NCBI GenBank assembly: GCA_963664225.1
Contig: OY760937.1
Location: 3,936,001-4,000,000, forward strand
Length of the DNA stretch: 64,000 nucleotides
Source of the DNA: Verrucomicrobiia bacterium
GTDB taxonomy: Bacteria; Verrucomicrobiota; Verrucomicrobiia; Limisphaerales; UBA1319
Direction of reading: 5' to 3'
Shown here: positions 13,342-22,918 of the stretch, piece after piece
Position numbering within the stretch: the stretch's first letter is position 1
Layout of the letters: each line of letters begins with the position of its first letter
Position numbers and translations under genes: made by a program
Notes under the pieces: generated by a model
What the model was told of the DNA's origin: nothing
Database searches by the model: none
Seen by the model: only the letters and a program-made list of their open reading frames with translations

Positions 13342-13674
13342 ATGGAAGTGCAAGCAATAACGCGCAATGTGCGCATGTCCGCCCAGAAGATGCGCGAGGT
13401 AACGCGTCAGATTCAGGGGTTGGGGGCCTTGCAAGCGCAGGCCATTCTCGCGGTGGTTCCGAGGAAGTCCGCACGGCTGGTCGCCAAGACTTTGAAGTCT
13501 GCGATTGCAAACGCCGAGAATAACAAGGGTGCCCGGCCCGAGAACCTGGTGGTCAAGGAGGCTGTGGCGGGAACGGCGACGACAATGAAACGGTTTATTC
13601 CAAAAGCTCGCGGGTCCGCGGGCCCGATTTTGAAGCGGACATGCCAGATTAGAATCGTGTTGACTGAGATGTAA
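13342..13674 (+). CDS. rplV: 50S ribosomal protein L22
   Basis: LKSAIANAENN, PKARG. Confidence 0.98.
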   Translation: MEVQAITRNVRMSAQKMREVTRQIQGLGALQAQAILAVVPRKSARLVAKTLKSAIANAENNKGARPENLVVKEAVAGTATTMKRFIPKARGSAGPILKRTCQIRIVLTEM

Positions 13675-13679
13675 GAATT

Positions 13680-14384
13680 ATGGGTCAAAAGACAAATCCT
13701 ATTGGTTTTCGCATCGCCCTGAACAAGGACTGGCGCTCGCGCTGGTTCGCCGGCAAGAAGGAGTTCAGCAAGTTGGTGTCTGAAGATTATCAAATCCGCC
13801 GAATTTTAAAGAGCAAGCTGGAGGCAGCCGCTGTTCCCCGGATTGTCATTGAGCGTGCGGCCAATCGGTGCCGCATCACAATTTTCACGGCCCGTCCGGG
13901 CGTGGTGATCGGGCGCAAGGGCGCCGAGATCGACAAGCTCAAGGAGGAGCTTGGAAAGATGACCGGAAAGGAAATTTATGTGGACATCCAGGAGGTCAAG
14001 CAGCCTGAGACAGATGCGCAGTTGGTGGCTGAGAACGTGGCGATGCAGTTGGAGCGCCGCATTTCCTTCCGCCGGGCGATGAAGAAGTCGCTGCAAACGG
14101 CGATGGATTTCGGAGCGGAGGGGATCAAGATCCGGTGCGCGGGGCGTCTGGGCGGGGCGGAGCTGGCGCGGGCGGAGTTGTATCATCTGGGCCGGGTGCC
14201 GTTGCATACGTTACGGGCGCAGATTGATTATGGTTTTGCAGAGGCCAAGACGATGTATGGGAAGATCGGGGTGAAGTGCTGGATTTGCAAGGGAGATATG
14301 GTGAAGGAAAAAACAACGGCACCGGCGACGGTGACCGCGGCAAGCGAAACGGCTATTCCCGCCGCAGCGCCAGTGGCCAATTAA
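13680..14384 (+). CDS. rpsC: 30S ribosomal protein S3
   Basis: MGQKTNPIGFR, GRVPLHTLRA. Confidence 0.99.
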   Translation: MGQKTNPIGFRIALNKDWRSRWFAGKKEFSKLVSEDYQIRRILKSKLEAAAVPRIVIERAANRCRITIFTARPGVVIGRKGAEIDKLKEELGKMTGKEIYVDIQEVKQPETDAQLVAENVAMQLERRISFRRAMKKSLQTAMDFGAEGIKIRCAGRLGGAELARAELYHLGRVPLHTLRAQIDYGFAEAKTMYGKIGVKCWICKGDMVKEKTTAPATVTAASETAIPAAAPVAN

Positions 14385-14402
14385 TTTTCGGAAGGACGAG
14401 AT

Positions 14403-14828
14403 ATGTCTTTAATGCCGGCGAAAGTGAAGTATCGCAAAATGCAGCGTCGCAGCCGCTCGGGGATGGCCTCGCGCGGAACGACGGTGGCTTTTGGCGAATA
14501 TGGATTACAAACCATGGAGCGGTGCTGGCTGGATACGCGCCAGATTGAGGCCGCGCGTGCGGCGATCAGCCGTTACATGAAGCGTCGCGGGAAGGTCTGG
14601 ATTCGGATTTTCCCCGACAAGTCGATCACCAAGAAGCCGTTGGAAACGCGTATGGGTAAGGGCAAGGGCCCGGTGGTTTCCTGGGTGGCGGTGATACGTC
14701 CGGCGAACGTGTTGTTCGAGGTGGACGGGGTGACGGAGGCGCTGGCCCGGGAGGCGTTCCGGTTGGCGGCAACGAAGTTGCCGATCCGCACGAAGTTTAT
14801 ATCGCGCCACCGGATGGCGGCGAAGTAA
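14403..14828 (+). CDS. rplP: 50S ribosomal protein L16
   Basis: RMGKGKG, IRIFPDK. Confidence 0.99.
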   Translation: MSLMPAKVKYRKMQRRSRSGMASRGTTVAFGEYGLQTMERCWLDTRQIEAARAAISRYMKRRGKVWIRIFPDKSITKKPLETRMGKGKGPVVSWVAVIRPANVLFEVDGVTEALAREAFRLAATKLPIRTKFISRHRMAAK

Positions 14829-14844
14829 CCGGAGGTTTGCGAAT

Positions 14845-15042
14845 ATGAAGATTGCCGATTTCAAGGATTTAACGGTGACGGAGCTCACGGCCAAGGGCCG
14901 GGACATGCGTCAGGAGATTTTTAACCTGCGCCTGCAGCAGGCGGGGAGCCAGTTGGAAAAGCCCGACCGTTTGCGGACGTTGCGTCGCGACATTGCCCGG
15001 GTGGAGACTCAGCTGTCGATTTTGCGAAAGAAAGCCAGTTAA
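14845..15042 (+). CDS. rpmC: 50S ribosomal protein L29
   Basis: FNLRLQ, RRDIARVET. Confidence 0.97.
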   Translation: MKIADFKDLTVTELTAKGRDMRQEIFNLRLQQAGSQLEKPDRLRTLRRDIARVETQLSILRKKAS

Positions 15043-15053
15043 TTTAGAACGAT

Positions 15054-15344
15054 ATGTCGAATATTCCATCCAACCGTGCCCACCGCAAAGAGCGGGTGGG
15101 CGAGGTGATCGCCAACAAGATGGCCAAGACCATTGTCGTGAGCGTGGAGAGGCGGTTTGCGCACCCGCGCTTCAAAAAAGTGGTGACTTCCTACAACAAG
15201 TTTTACGCTCACGATGAGAAGAGCGAAGCGAAGGTGGGGGATCAAGTGCGCATCGAGGAAACGCGGCCGCTGTCCAAGATGAAACGGTGGCGGCTGGTGG
15301 AGATCGTCGAGCGGAACGCCGAGGCGTCACCCGCGACGGCATAA
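15054..15344 (+). CDS. rpsQ: 30S ribosomal protein S17
   Basis: KMAKTIVV, AHDE, ETRPLSK. Confidence 0.98.
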   Translation: MSNIPSNRAHRKERVGEVIANKMAKTIVVSVERRFAHPRFKKVVTSYNKFYAHDEKSEAKVGDQVRIEETRPLSKMKRWRLVEIVERNAEASPATA

Positions 15345-15359
15345 TGGAGAGGCTGAATT

Positions 15360-15725
15360 ATGTTACAAATTCGTTCGATTTTGGATGTTGCCGATAATAC
15401 CGGGGCCAAGCGGGCCGCGATGATCGGCGTGCTGGGCCGCAACCAGATGTATGGCGGGGTGGGGGATATCATCAAGGCCCACATCAAAGAGGCCACGCCG
15501 GATGGCACGGTTAAAAAGGGTGAAGTGGTAACGGCTGTAGTGGTGCGCACACGCCATCCCATCCGCCGCAGCGACGGGTCGTATCTGCGGTTCGACAATA
15601 ATGCAATTGTGATCATCGATAACGATCAGAATCCCAAGGGGACCCGCATTTTCGGGCCTGTGGCGCGCGAGTTGCGCGATCTGAAGTTTGTCAAAATCAT
15701 TTCCCTGGCACCGGAGGTCATCTGA
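15360..15725 (+). CDS. rplN: 50S ribosomal protein L14
   Basis: [21 protein letters not shown]. Confidence 0.99.
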   Translation: MLQIRSILDVADNTGAKRAAMIGVLGRNQMYGGVGDIIKAHIKEATPDGTVKKGEVVTAVVVRTRHPIRRSDGSYLRFDNNAIVIIDNDQNPKGTRIFGPVARELRDLKFVKIISLAPEVI

Positions 15726-15729
15726 GGTT

Positions 15730-16002
15730 ATGCAGAAATTTCATGTGAAAAAAGGAGACGACGTGGTCGTCATAGCCGGTACGGAACGCGGCAAGAGCGG
15801 CAAGATCCTGCATGTGTTGCGGACCAAGCAGCGTGTGATTGTGGAGGGGATCAAGTTGATCAAGCGGCACACGCGCAAGAGTCAGCAGAATCCGCAGGGC
15901 CGGATTGTGGAGCGCGAGGGCACGATCCATATTTCCAATGTGATGCTCGCCGCGGAGCATGAAGCGCGCGCGGCCAAACGCGCCGGCAAAGTCGGGGCAT
16001 AA
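15730..16002 (+). CDS. rplX: 50S ribosomal protein L24 (ATG 15730)
   Basis: KKGDDVVVIAG, IHISNV. Confidence 0.97.
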   Translation: MQKFHVKKGDDVVVIAGTERGKSGKILHVLRTKQRVIVEGIKLIKRHTRKSQQNPQGRIVEREGTIHISNVMLAAEHEARAAKRAGKVGA

Positions 16003-16010
16003 TACCGTAT

Positions 16011-16556
16011 ATGAAATCGCGAATTTACAAGAAGTATGTTGAGGCCGTGAAACCGGCGCTCATGGAGAAGTGGCATTACAAGAATGTCAACCAGGTGCCC
16101 CTGTTGGAGAAGATTGTGATTAACATGGGGGTTAGCGCGTCTTTGGAGAAGGGCGCGGTGGATGACGCTGTCAAGGAGTTGGGGATGATCACGGGGCGCA
16201 AGGCGGTGTTGAACCGTTCCCGCAAGAGCATCGCCAATTTCAAGTTGCGCGAGGGGCAGATCATCGGCTGTCATGTCACGTTGCGCGACGATGTGATGTA
16301 TGAGTTTTTCGATCGTCTGGTGGCTGCGGCGCTGCCGCGCATTCGCGATTTTCGCGGGTTGAGTCCGCGCGCGTTCGACGGCCGGGGCAGTTACACGCTC
16401 GGGGTGGCGGATCAGACGATTTTCCCTGAAATTGAAATGGATAAGATCAAACGGACCCAGGGCATGGATATCACGATGGTGACGACGGCAAAAACGGATG
16501 CCGAAGGCCTGGATTTGTTGAAGATGCTGGGAATGCCCTTTGCCGAAGGAAAATAA
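16011..16556 (+). CDS. rplE: 50S ribosomal protein L5
   Basis: KIVINMG, LPRIRDFRG. Confidence 0.99.
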   Translation: MKSRIYKKYVEAVKPALMEKWHYKNVNQVPLLEKIVINMGVSASLEKGAVDDAVKELGMITGRKAVLNRSRKSIANFKLREGQIIGCHVTLRDDVMYEFFDRLVAAALPRIRDFRGLSPRAFDGRGSYTLGVADQTIFPEIEMDKIKRTQGMDITMVTTAKTDAEGLDLLKMLGMPFAEGK

Positions 16557-16559
16557 GTT

Positions 16560-16829
16560 ATGGCGAAAAAATCTTGGATTGAACGAGAGAAGAAGAAGCG
16601 TGCGGTGGCGTCGAAGTACGCCGCGATTCGGGCGGAGTTGAAGGAGCGGCATGATTATGTCGGGCTGTCCAAACTGCCCCGCAATGCGAGTCCTGTGCGC
16701 CAGACCAACCGCTGCAAGATTAGCGGGCGTCGCCGCGGTTATTTGCGCAAGTTTGGATGTTCCCGGCTCACTTTCCGCGAGTTGGCCATGAATGGGATGA
16801 TCCCCGGAGTTACAAAAGCCAGTTGGTAA
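16560..16829 (+). CDS. rpsN: 30S ribosomal protein S14 (89 aa, lacks the full four-Cys Zn ribbon)
   Basis: [24 protein letters not shown]. Confidence 0.98.
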   Translation: MAKKSWIEREKKKRAVASKYAAIRAELKERHDYVGLSKLPRNASPVRQTNRCKISGRRRGYLRKFGCSRLTFRELAMNGMIPGVTKASW

Positions 16830-16842
16830 ATCAGAGATATTT

Positions 16843-17226
16843 ATGGATCCAATCGCCGATATGCTCAATCGAATCCGCAACGCCGGCCAGGCGTTGTTGC
16901 CGGAGGTCGAGTTGCCGCATTCAAAAATGAAGGAAGGCATCGCCCGCATTCTCAAGGATGAGGGTTACATCACCGATTGCTCAGTGGCGGAGAAGCCGCA
17001 CAAGTCGTTGAAGTTGAAGCTCAAGTATCAGAACCGCAAGTGTGTGATCGAGAGTCTGCGGCGCATGAGCACGCCGGGTCTGCGTCGTTATGTCAGTTCG
17101 GGGGAGATTCCCCGGGTGCTGGGCGGCTTGGGCATTTCCATTGTATCCACTTCCAAGGGGGTTATGAGCGGCACGATGGCGCGCAGGAACCACCTGGGTG
17201 GGGAGTTAATTTGCATTGTTTGGTAA
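16843..17226 (+). CDS. rpsH: 30S ribosomal protein S8
   Basis: DPIADML, STSKGVM, GGELIC. Confidence 0.99.
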   Translation: MDPIADMLNRIRNAGQALLPEVELPHSKMKEGIARILKDEGYITDCSVAEKPHKSLKLKLKYQNRKCVIESLRRMSTPGLRRYVSSGEIPRVLGGLGISIVSTSKGVMSGTMARRNHLGGELICIVW

Positions 17227-17235
17227 GGAGCTATT

Positions 17236-17775
17236 ATGTCAAGAATCGGTCGTATGCCCATTGTCATCCCCGCCAAGGTCAAGGTTGTGGTGCAGGGTCG
17301 CAATGTGGCTGTTGAGGGTCCCAATGGGAAGATGAAGATGGAACTTCCTCCGCACACCAGCGCCAAGGTGGATGATGGCAAGGTGGTTGTGTCGCGCGAT
17401 GGGGAGGATTCCGCATGCAAAGCCATGCATGGTTTGTCCCGGGCGTTGTTGAATAATTGCGTCAAGGGGGTGACGGATGGTTTTTCCAAGAAGTTGGAAA
17501 TCCAGGGGGTGGGTTACAAGGCGGTGGTTCAGGGCAAGGTGCTGAATTTAACGCTTGGTTATTCGCACCCGGTGCTTTATCCCATACCCGAGACGATCAA
17601 GGTCACGGTACTGGAGAACACGAAGTTGACTGTGGAAGGGCCGGATAAGCATTTGGTGGGCCAGGTGGCTTCGGATATTCGCTCCTTCTATCCTCCCGAA
17701 CCTTACAAAGGCAAGGGAATCCGTTACTCGGATGAGAAGGTCGAGCGCAAGGAAGGCAAGACCGTACAACAATAA
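17236..17775 (+). CDS. rplF: 50S ribosomal protein L6
   Basis: MSRIG, PEPYKGKGIRY. Confidence 0.99.
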   Translation: MSRIGRMPIVIPAKVKVVVQGRNVAVEGPNGKMKMELPPHTSAKVDDGKVVVSRDGEDSACKAMHGLSRALLNNCVKGVTDGFSKKLEIQGVGYKAVVQGKVLNLTLGYSHPVLYPIPETIKVTVLENTKLTVEGPDKHLVGQVASDIRSFYPPEPYKGKGIRYSDEKVERKEGKTVQQ

Positions 17776-17813
17776 TTTGAAATGGCCACGGCCAAATCCG
17801 TGGCAAAAATATC

Positions 17814-18179
17814 ATGAGAGTAGAGAACAAACATCGCTTAAAACAGTTGCGTTGCTGGCGCATTCGCAAGAAGGTCAAAGGCACGCGCGAATGTCCCCGG
17901 ATGAGTGTGTGCTTCACGGGCAAGAATATTCATGTGCAGTTTGTGGACGACGATGCCGGGGTGACTCTGGCGGCGGCCTCCTCGGTGAGCAAGACAGCTC
18001 CGGAACGCGAGACGCTGGCGGCCAATGTGAAGAGCGCGAAGATTGTGGGGGCATTTGCCGCTCAACAGGCGATTGGAAAGGGCATCAAGCAGGTCGTATT
18101 CGACCGCAATGGCGCCCGGTATCATGGCAAGGTCAAGGCGCTGGCGGATGCCGCTCGCGAGGCCGGCTTGAAGTTTTAA
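17814..18179 (+). CDS. rplR: 50S ribosomal protein L18
   Basis: VVFDRNG, YHGKVKALADAAREAGLKF. Confidence 0.99.
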   Translation: MRVENKHRLKQLRCWRIRKKVKGTRECPRMSVCFTGKNIHVQFVDDDAGVTLAAASSVSKTAPERETLAANVKSAKIVGAFAAQQAIGKGIKQVVFDRNGARYHGKVKALADAAREAGLKF

Positions 18180-18200
18180 CTTTGAAACAGGAGTAACATC

Positions 18201-18848
18201 GTGGCGGAACAAACAAAAAATAGCGCAGGAATGGGGCGTGGCCGTGGACCGAGTCGCGGAGGCCGCAGAACCCGCTCGGGGTCTGATAATCCGGAGTTGG
18301 GTGCGGATGGCAAGCCGATCAATGAATTGGCCGAAAAGGTCGTATTCATCAACCGCTCTGCCAAGGTGGTCAAGGGCGGACGCCGTTTTAGTTTTAGCGC
18401 GCTGGTCATAGTGGGTGACCGTCGCGGTAAAATCGGACTGGGTTTGGGCAAGGCGGGCGAGGTCGCGGATGCGATTCGCAAGGGTGGTGAAATGGCCAAA
18501 CAGCGGATGATTGCGGTGGCATTGCAGGAAAACACGATTCCTCACCAGGTGTTGTGCGATTTTGGCGGCGCGAAGGTTCTTTTGCGTCCCGCTTCGCCGG
18601 GAACGGGGATCATCGCGGGTAAAACAATGCGTGCCGTGCTGGAATCGGTTGGGATCAAAGATGTCTTGAGCAAGTCGATGGCATCGAATAATGCCGCCAA
18701 TGTGGCCAAGGCAACGATTAAGGCCTTGCTGCAGTTGCGGATGCCTGCCGATATTTATCGTGGGCGCGGCCTGGCGGTGCCAGTGCGTCGCGTGCGTGTG
18801 GAGGGCGAGGTGGCAGCACCCGCACCTGCCGTTACTCCTGCAGCTTGA
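18201..18848 (+). CDS. rpsE: 30S ribosomal protein S5 (GTG start)
   Basis: KVVKGGRRFSF, PASPGTGIIAG; GGAG upstream. Confidence 0.99.
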   Translation: MAEQTKNSAGMGRGRGPSRGGRRTRSGSDNPELGADGKPINELAEKVVFINRSAKVVKGGRRFSFSALVIVGDRRGKIGLGLGKAGEVADAIRKGGEMAKQRMIAVALQENTIPHQVLCDFGGAKVLLRPASPGTGIIAGKTMRAVLESVGIKDVLSKSMASNNAANVAKATIKALLQLRMPADIYRGRGLAVPVRRVRVEGEVAAPAPAVTPAA

Positions 18849-18862
18849 TTTGATTTCAGATT

Positions 18863-19357
18863 ATGCGTTTACATGATTTAAAACCCCGGCCCGGCTCGAA
18901 ACATCGTCGCAAGCGCCTGGGGCAAGGTGAGTCCAGCGGTCATGGCAAGACCAGTGGCCGCGGTGGCAAGGGTCAATCGGCCCGCTCGGGTAGTTCCAAC
19001 CGTATCGGATTTGAAGGCGGTCAAATGCCGCTGATTCGCCGCGTGCCAAAACGGGGCTTTAACAATGCCAGTTTCAAGACGGTTTATTTGCCGGTGAATC
19101 TGGAGGCGTTGAACGTCTTTGAAGATGGCGCAAAGGTGGATGCGAACGCTTTGAAGACCTTGGGCATGGCCAATGGCAAGGCGGACGGGATTAAAATCCT
19201 GGGTTCCGGCGAGCTGAAGAAGAAGTTGATCGTGGCCGCGCATGCGTTCAGTGCGACTGCGAAGGCGAAGATCGAAGCTTTAGGCGGTTCCTGCGAGGTG
19301 CTTGTGGTTTTTAAACCCAAGCCGAAGGTTCAGGCCAAAGACAAAGTTAAACAATAA
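18863..19357 (+). CDS. rplO: 50S ribosomal protein L15
   Basis: GKTSGRGGKGQ, GFEGGQMPL. Confidence 0.99.
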   Translation: MRLHDLKPRPGSKHRRKRLGQGESSGHGKTSGRGGKGQSARSGSSNRIGFEGGQMPLIRRVPKRGFNNASFKTVYLPVNLEALNVFEDGAKVDANALKTLGMANGKADGIKILGSGELKKKLIVAAHAFSATAKAKIEALGGSCEVLVVFKPKPKVQAKDKVKQ

Positions 19358-19368
19358 TCGGACACATC

Positions 19369-20751
19369 ATGTTTTCCAGCATCGTCAACACGCTTGCCAA
19401 CTGTTTCAAGATCCCGGAATTAAAGTCCCGGATCCTCTTTACGTTGTTGTTGTTGGCGATCTGCCGATTGGCGGCAATCGTTGTGATTCCCGGCTTGGAC
19501 GGCGCTTTGCTCAAGGCTTACTTTGAGGCGCAGTCGGCCAAGGGAGGAAGTTCCTTGATGGGCATGTATAGCATGTTCACCGGGGGAGCCATGGAGCGCT
19601 GCGCGATCGGCGCGCTGGGGATCATGCCTTACATCAGCGCGACGATTATCATTCAGTTGCTCACTGCGGTGGTGCCGACGTTGAGCAAATTGGCGCGCGA
19701 AGAGGGCGGCAGGACGAAGATTATTCAGTATGGCCGGTATTTGACGGTGATTCTGTGTCTGGGCCAGGGTTTTGTGATGGCTTTGGGTTGGGAGAATCCG
19801 GATAAGATTTTCGGGGCCGCTCTTCCTGGAAAGCTCGTGTTGATCGAGCCAATCTGGTGGTATCGTATTCAGACGACGTTGATATTGACGACGGGAACGA
19901 TGCTGATGATGTGGTTGGGCGAGCAGATCACGGATCGGGGCATTGGAAACGGTGTTTCGTTGGTGATCACAATCGGTATTCTGGCGCGGTTGCCCCAGGC
20001 GGGCCAGGCGTTGAAGGATATGTTTTTCCCGCCGGCGGGCATGGAGGGTCGGTTTAACGCGTTCCATGCGGTTGCGCTGGTTTTGTTGCTTGTGGCGGTG
20101 GTGGCGGGGGTTATTGCCGTGACACAGGCGCAGAGGAAGATACCGGTTCAGTATGCACAGCGGACTGTGGGTCGCAAATCTTATGCGGGCACGAGTTCCT
20201 TCATGCCGCTCCGGGTGAATTACTCGGGCGTGATGCCGATTATTTTCGCTCAAGCGATTCTGATGTTTCCGGATAAGATTCTGAGTGTGGCGGGTCAATC
20301 ACTGGGATTGCCGTTGTTGCTGGGCATTGGCCAGAAGTTTCGCGAGGGCGAACCGATCTATTTGATCACTTATGCGCTCATGATTTTGTTTTTCTCGTAT
20401 TTCTGGGTTGCGACGCAGTTTAACGAGTTGCAGATTTCTGATGATCTGAAGAAGTACGGCGGATATATTCCGGGTGTTCGTCCCGGTCAGGCGACCTGCA
20501 ACTTTTTGCACAATGCCATGAGCCGGATTACGCTGGCTGGAGCGGTTTTCCTGACCGTTATTGCCGTCATACCCATTTTAATGTATAAGGCCATGCAGGT
20601 GCCGTTTGCGGTGAACACCTTTTTTGGCGGAACGAGCATATTGATTCTGGTGGGCGTTCTGTTGGACACGATGCGACAGGTGGAAACGCATTTGTTGATG
20701 CGCCACTATGACGGCTTCTTGAAGAAGGGTCGTCTGCGCGGGCGGTTCTGA
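19369..20751 (+). CDS. secY: Preprotein translocase SecY
   Basis: LGIMPYISA, GIGNGVSL, IPGVRPG; multiple TM segments. Confidence 0.99.
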   Translation: MFSSIVNTLANCFKIPELKSRILFTLLLLAICRLAAIVVIPGLDGALLKAYFEAQSAKGGSSLMGMYSMFTGGAMERCAIGALGIMPYISATIIIQLLTAVVPTLSKLAREEGGRTKIIQYGRYLTVILCLGQGFVMALGWENPDKIFGAALPGKLVLIEPIWWYRIQTTLILTTGTMLMMWLGEQITDRGIGNGVSLVITIGILARLPQAGQALKDMFFPPAGMEGRFNAFHAVALVLLLVAVVAGVIAVTQAQRKIPVQYAQRTVGRKSYAGTSSFMPLRVNYSGVMPIIFAQAILMFPDKILSVAGQSLGLPLLLGIGQKFREGEPIYLITYALMILFFSYFWVATQFNELQISDDLKKYGGYIPGVRPGQATCNFLHNAMSRITLAGAVFLTVIAVIPILMYKAMQVPFAVNTFFGGTSILILVGVLLDTMRQVETHLLMRHYDGFLKKGRLRGRF

Positions 20752-20753
20752 TC

Positions 20754-21530
20754 ATGATTCTGATCAAAAGCGGTCGGGATATTGAAGCGATGCGGGCTGC
20801 GGGTGCGGTGGCTGGGGCAGTGCTGGAGGAAACCGCAAAGTGGATTACGCCTGGACTGACAACGCGGCAGATCGATGATTATGCGGCAGCGTTGATGAAG
20901 AAATACGGGTCGCGCAGCGCGTTTTTGGGATATCGCGGGTATCCGTGCCATGTGTGTATTTCTGTCAACGAACAAGTGGTTCACGGGATGGCCAGCGATC
21001 GGCGGGTGCAGTTTGGGGATATTGTAAGTCTGGACGTGGGTGTGGTGGTGCATGATTTTATCGGCGACACCGCCTGCACGGTGGCTGTGGGTGGCTGCGA
21101 TGTGCTGTCGCAGAAACTGATCGACGTGACGCAGCAGGCTTTGTATGAAGGGATCAGCCAGGCCCTGCCGGGAAACCGGGTTGTGGATATTTCGCGGGCG
21201 GTGCAGAAGTTTGTCGAACGCCAGGGATTTAGTGTGGTGAGGGAGTTTGTCGGGCACGGAGTGGGTCGATCGATGCACGAAGAACCGCAGATTCCCAATT
21301 TCGTCGAGGGGGGGGCCTCTCCGAGATTGAGAGCGGGAATGACGATCGCCATCGAACCGATGGTTAACGCGGGTTCGGCGGCGGTGAAGATTTTGAGTGA
21401 CGGATGGACGGTGGTGACGCAAGATGGGAAACCGTCCGCTCATTTTGAGCATACGGTATTGATTACGGATTCAGAGCCGGAGATATTGACGTGTCGCGAG
21501 AACATGCCATTAAAGTCGAAGGCACCGTGA
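20754..21530 (+). CDS. map: Methionine aminopeptidase type I
   Basis: SVNEQVVHG, GHGVG..HEEP, AIEPM, SAHFEHT. Confidence 0.98.
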   Translation: MILIKSGRDIEAMRAAGAVAGAVLEETAKWITPGLTTRQIDDYAAALMKKYGSRSAFLGYRGYPCHVCISVNEQVVHGMASDRRVQFGDIVSLDVGVVVHDFIGDTACTVAVGGCDVLSQKLIDVTQQALYEGISQALPGNRVVDISRAVQKFVERQGFSVVREFVGHGVGRSMHEEPQIPNFVEGGASPRLRAGMTIAIEPMVNAGSAAVKILSDGWTVVTQDGKPSAHFEHTVLITDSEPEILTCRENMPLKSKAP

Positions 21531-21721
21531 TCGAAGTGCTGCCCAACATGCGGGTGCGTGTTGAGCTGGCTAACGGACATCGGCTGCTGGCGCATATTGC
21601 AGGCCGGTTTCGATTAAAATTTGTAAAGTTAACGCCCGGCGACAAGGTCGGGATGGAATTGTCGCCTTTTGACCTGTCAAAGGGCTGTATCATTGAAAGT
21701 AGAACGGAAATAACGACATGA
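21491..21721 (+). CDS. infA: Translation initiation factor IF-1 (divergent; GTG start overlapping map)
   Basis: [27 protein letters not shown]; position map-infA-rpmJ. Confidence 0.88.
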   Translation: MSREHAIKVEGTVIEVLPNMRVRVELANGHRLLAHIAGRFRLKFVKLTPGDKVGMELSPFDLSKGCIIESRTEITT

Positions 21722-21831
21722 AAGTCCGCGCATCGGTAAAACGGCTTTGCGAACATTGCAAGGTAGTGAAACGGAAGGGCGTTATTCGTGTGATTTGCAC
21801 GAACGCGCGCCACAAACAACGTCAGGGATAG
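21718..21831 (+). CDS. rpmJ: 50S ribosomal protein L36 (37 aa; absent from ORF track)
   Basis: Hand translation [37 protein letters not shown]; CxxC...C...H Zn ligands. Confidence 0.98.
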   Translation: MKVRASVKRLCEHCKVVKRKGVIRVICTNARHKQRQG

Positions 21832-21844
21832 AGAAAAAGCAATT

Positions 21845-22240
21845 ATGGCACGCATTTTAGGTGTTGACATCCCGGGAGAGAAACGGATCGACGTATCGCT
21901 CCGTTATATTTACGGCATTGGCCCGGTGAATGCCCGGCAAATTTTGGTGAAGGCGGCCATTGAGCCGCATATTCGAGCCAAGGATTTGACCGAGCAGCAA
22001 TTGTCGCAGATCGTTCACGCCATCCAGGAGGGCAAGTATGTGATCGAAGGCGATCTGCGCCGGGAGATCGGCATGAATTTGAAGCGGTTGCAGGCCATCA
22101 AGTGCTACCGGGGAGTCCGCCATTTGCGCGGGTTGCCGGTGCGCGGCCAGCGAACGCAAACCAACGCCCGCACGCGCAAGGGACCGCGCAAGACGGTGGG
22201 TGTGCAACGCAATCCGGATGCCAAGACTGGCATTCATTAA
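21845..22240 (+). CDS. rpsM: 30S ribosomal protein S13
   Basis: [23 protein letters not shown]. Confidence 0.99.
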   Translation: MARILGVDIPGEKRIDVSLRYIYGIGPVNARQILVKAAIEPHIRAKDLTEQQLSQIVHAIQEGKYVIEGDLRREIGMNLKRLQAIKCYRGVRHLRGLPVRGQRTQTNARTRKGPRKTVGVQRNPDAKTGIH

Positions 22241-22249
22241 TATTTGACT

Positions 22250-22876
22250 ATGGCTGAAGAAACGAAAAAGAAATCCGCGCCCAAAACCGAGGGCAAGCCT
22301 GAAGCCGCGGCAGCGGTGGAGACGGCCAAGGGCGCTGTTGAAGGCAAGGCCGCAGAGGGCAAGCCTGCCAAACAAGGCAAGAAGCCTGCTGAAGGTTCGG
22401 CGCCAGCTCCGGCGGCGGGCGCAGCTCCGGCGGCACCGGCCTCGATGGTGGCTTCCGCGCCCACGGCGGCGGAATTGCTGGCTGACGATCCCAACGCCAA
22501 GAAGATCGTAAAGGCCAAGGGCTCGAAGAATATTCCGGTGGGTGTGGCCAATATTCTGGCGACGTTTAACAATACCACGGTGTCGATTGCGGACATGCAG
22601 GGGCATGTGATTTCGTGGTCGAGCGCGGGCAAGGTCGGATTTAAGGGTTCGCGCAAGAGCACGGCGTTTGCGGCGCAACAGGTGGCGCAGGATGCCGCGC
22701 GCCAGGCGATGTCCCATGGATTGCGCGAGGTTGAGGTGCGCGTCAGCGGGCCAGGATCGGGACGGGAATCGGCCATCCGGGCTTTGCAGGCGATCGGTTT
22801 GGAGATTACCACGATCAAGGACGTGACGCCCATTCCGCATAATGGCTGCCGTCCGCGCAAGAAACGCCGCGTGTAA
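22250..22876 (+). CDS. rpsK: 30S ribosomal protein S11 with ~80-aa N-terminal extension
   Basis: [26 protein letters not shown]. Confidence 0.98.
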   Translation: MAEETKKKSAPKTEGKPEAAAAVETAKGAVEGKAAEGKPAKQGKKPAEGSAPAPAAGAAPAAPASMVASAPTAAELLADDPNAKKIVKAKGSKNIPVGVANILATFNNTTVSIADMQGHVISWSSAGKVGFKGSRKSTAFAAQQVAQDAARQAMSHGLREVEVRVSGPGSGRESAIRALQAIGLEITTIKDVTPIPHNGCRPRKKRRV

Positions 22877-22918
22877 TTCCCGGCAAATGGCAATCTGAAT
22901 CATTTAAGTTTATAGATT

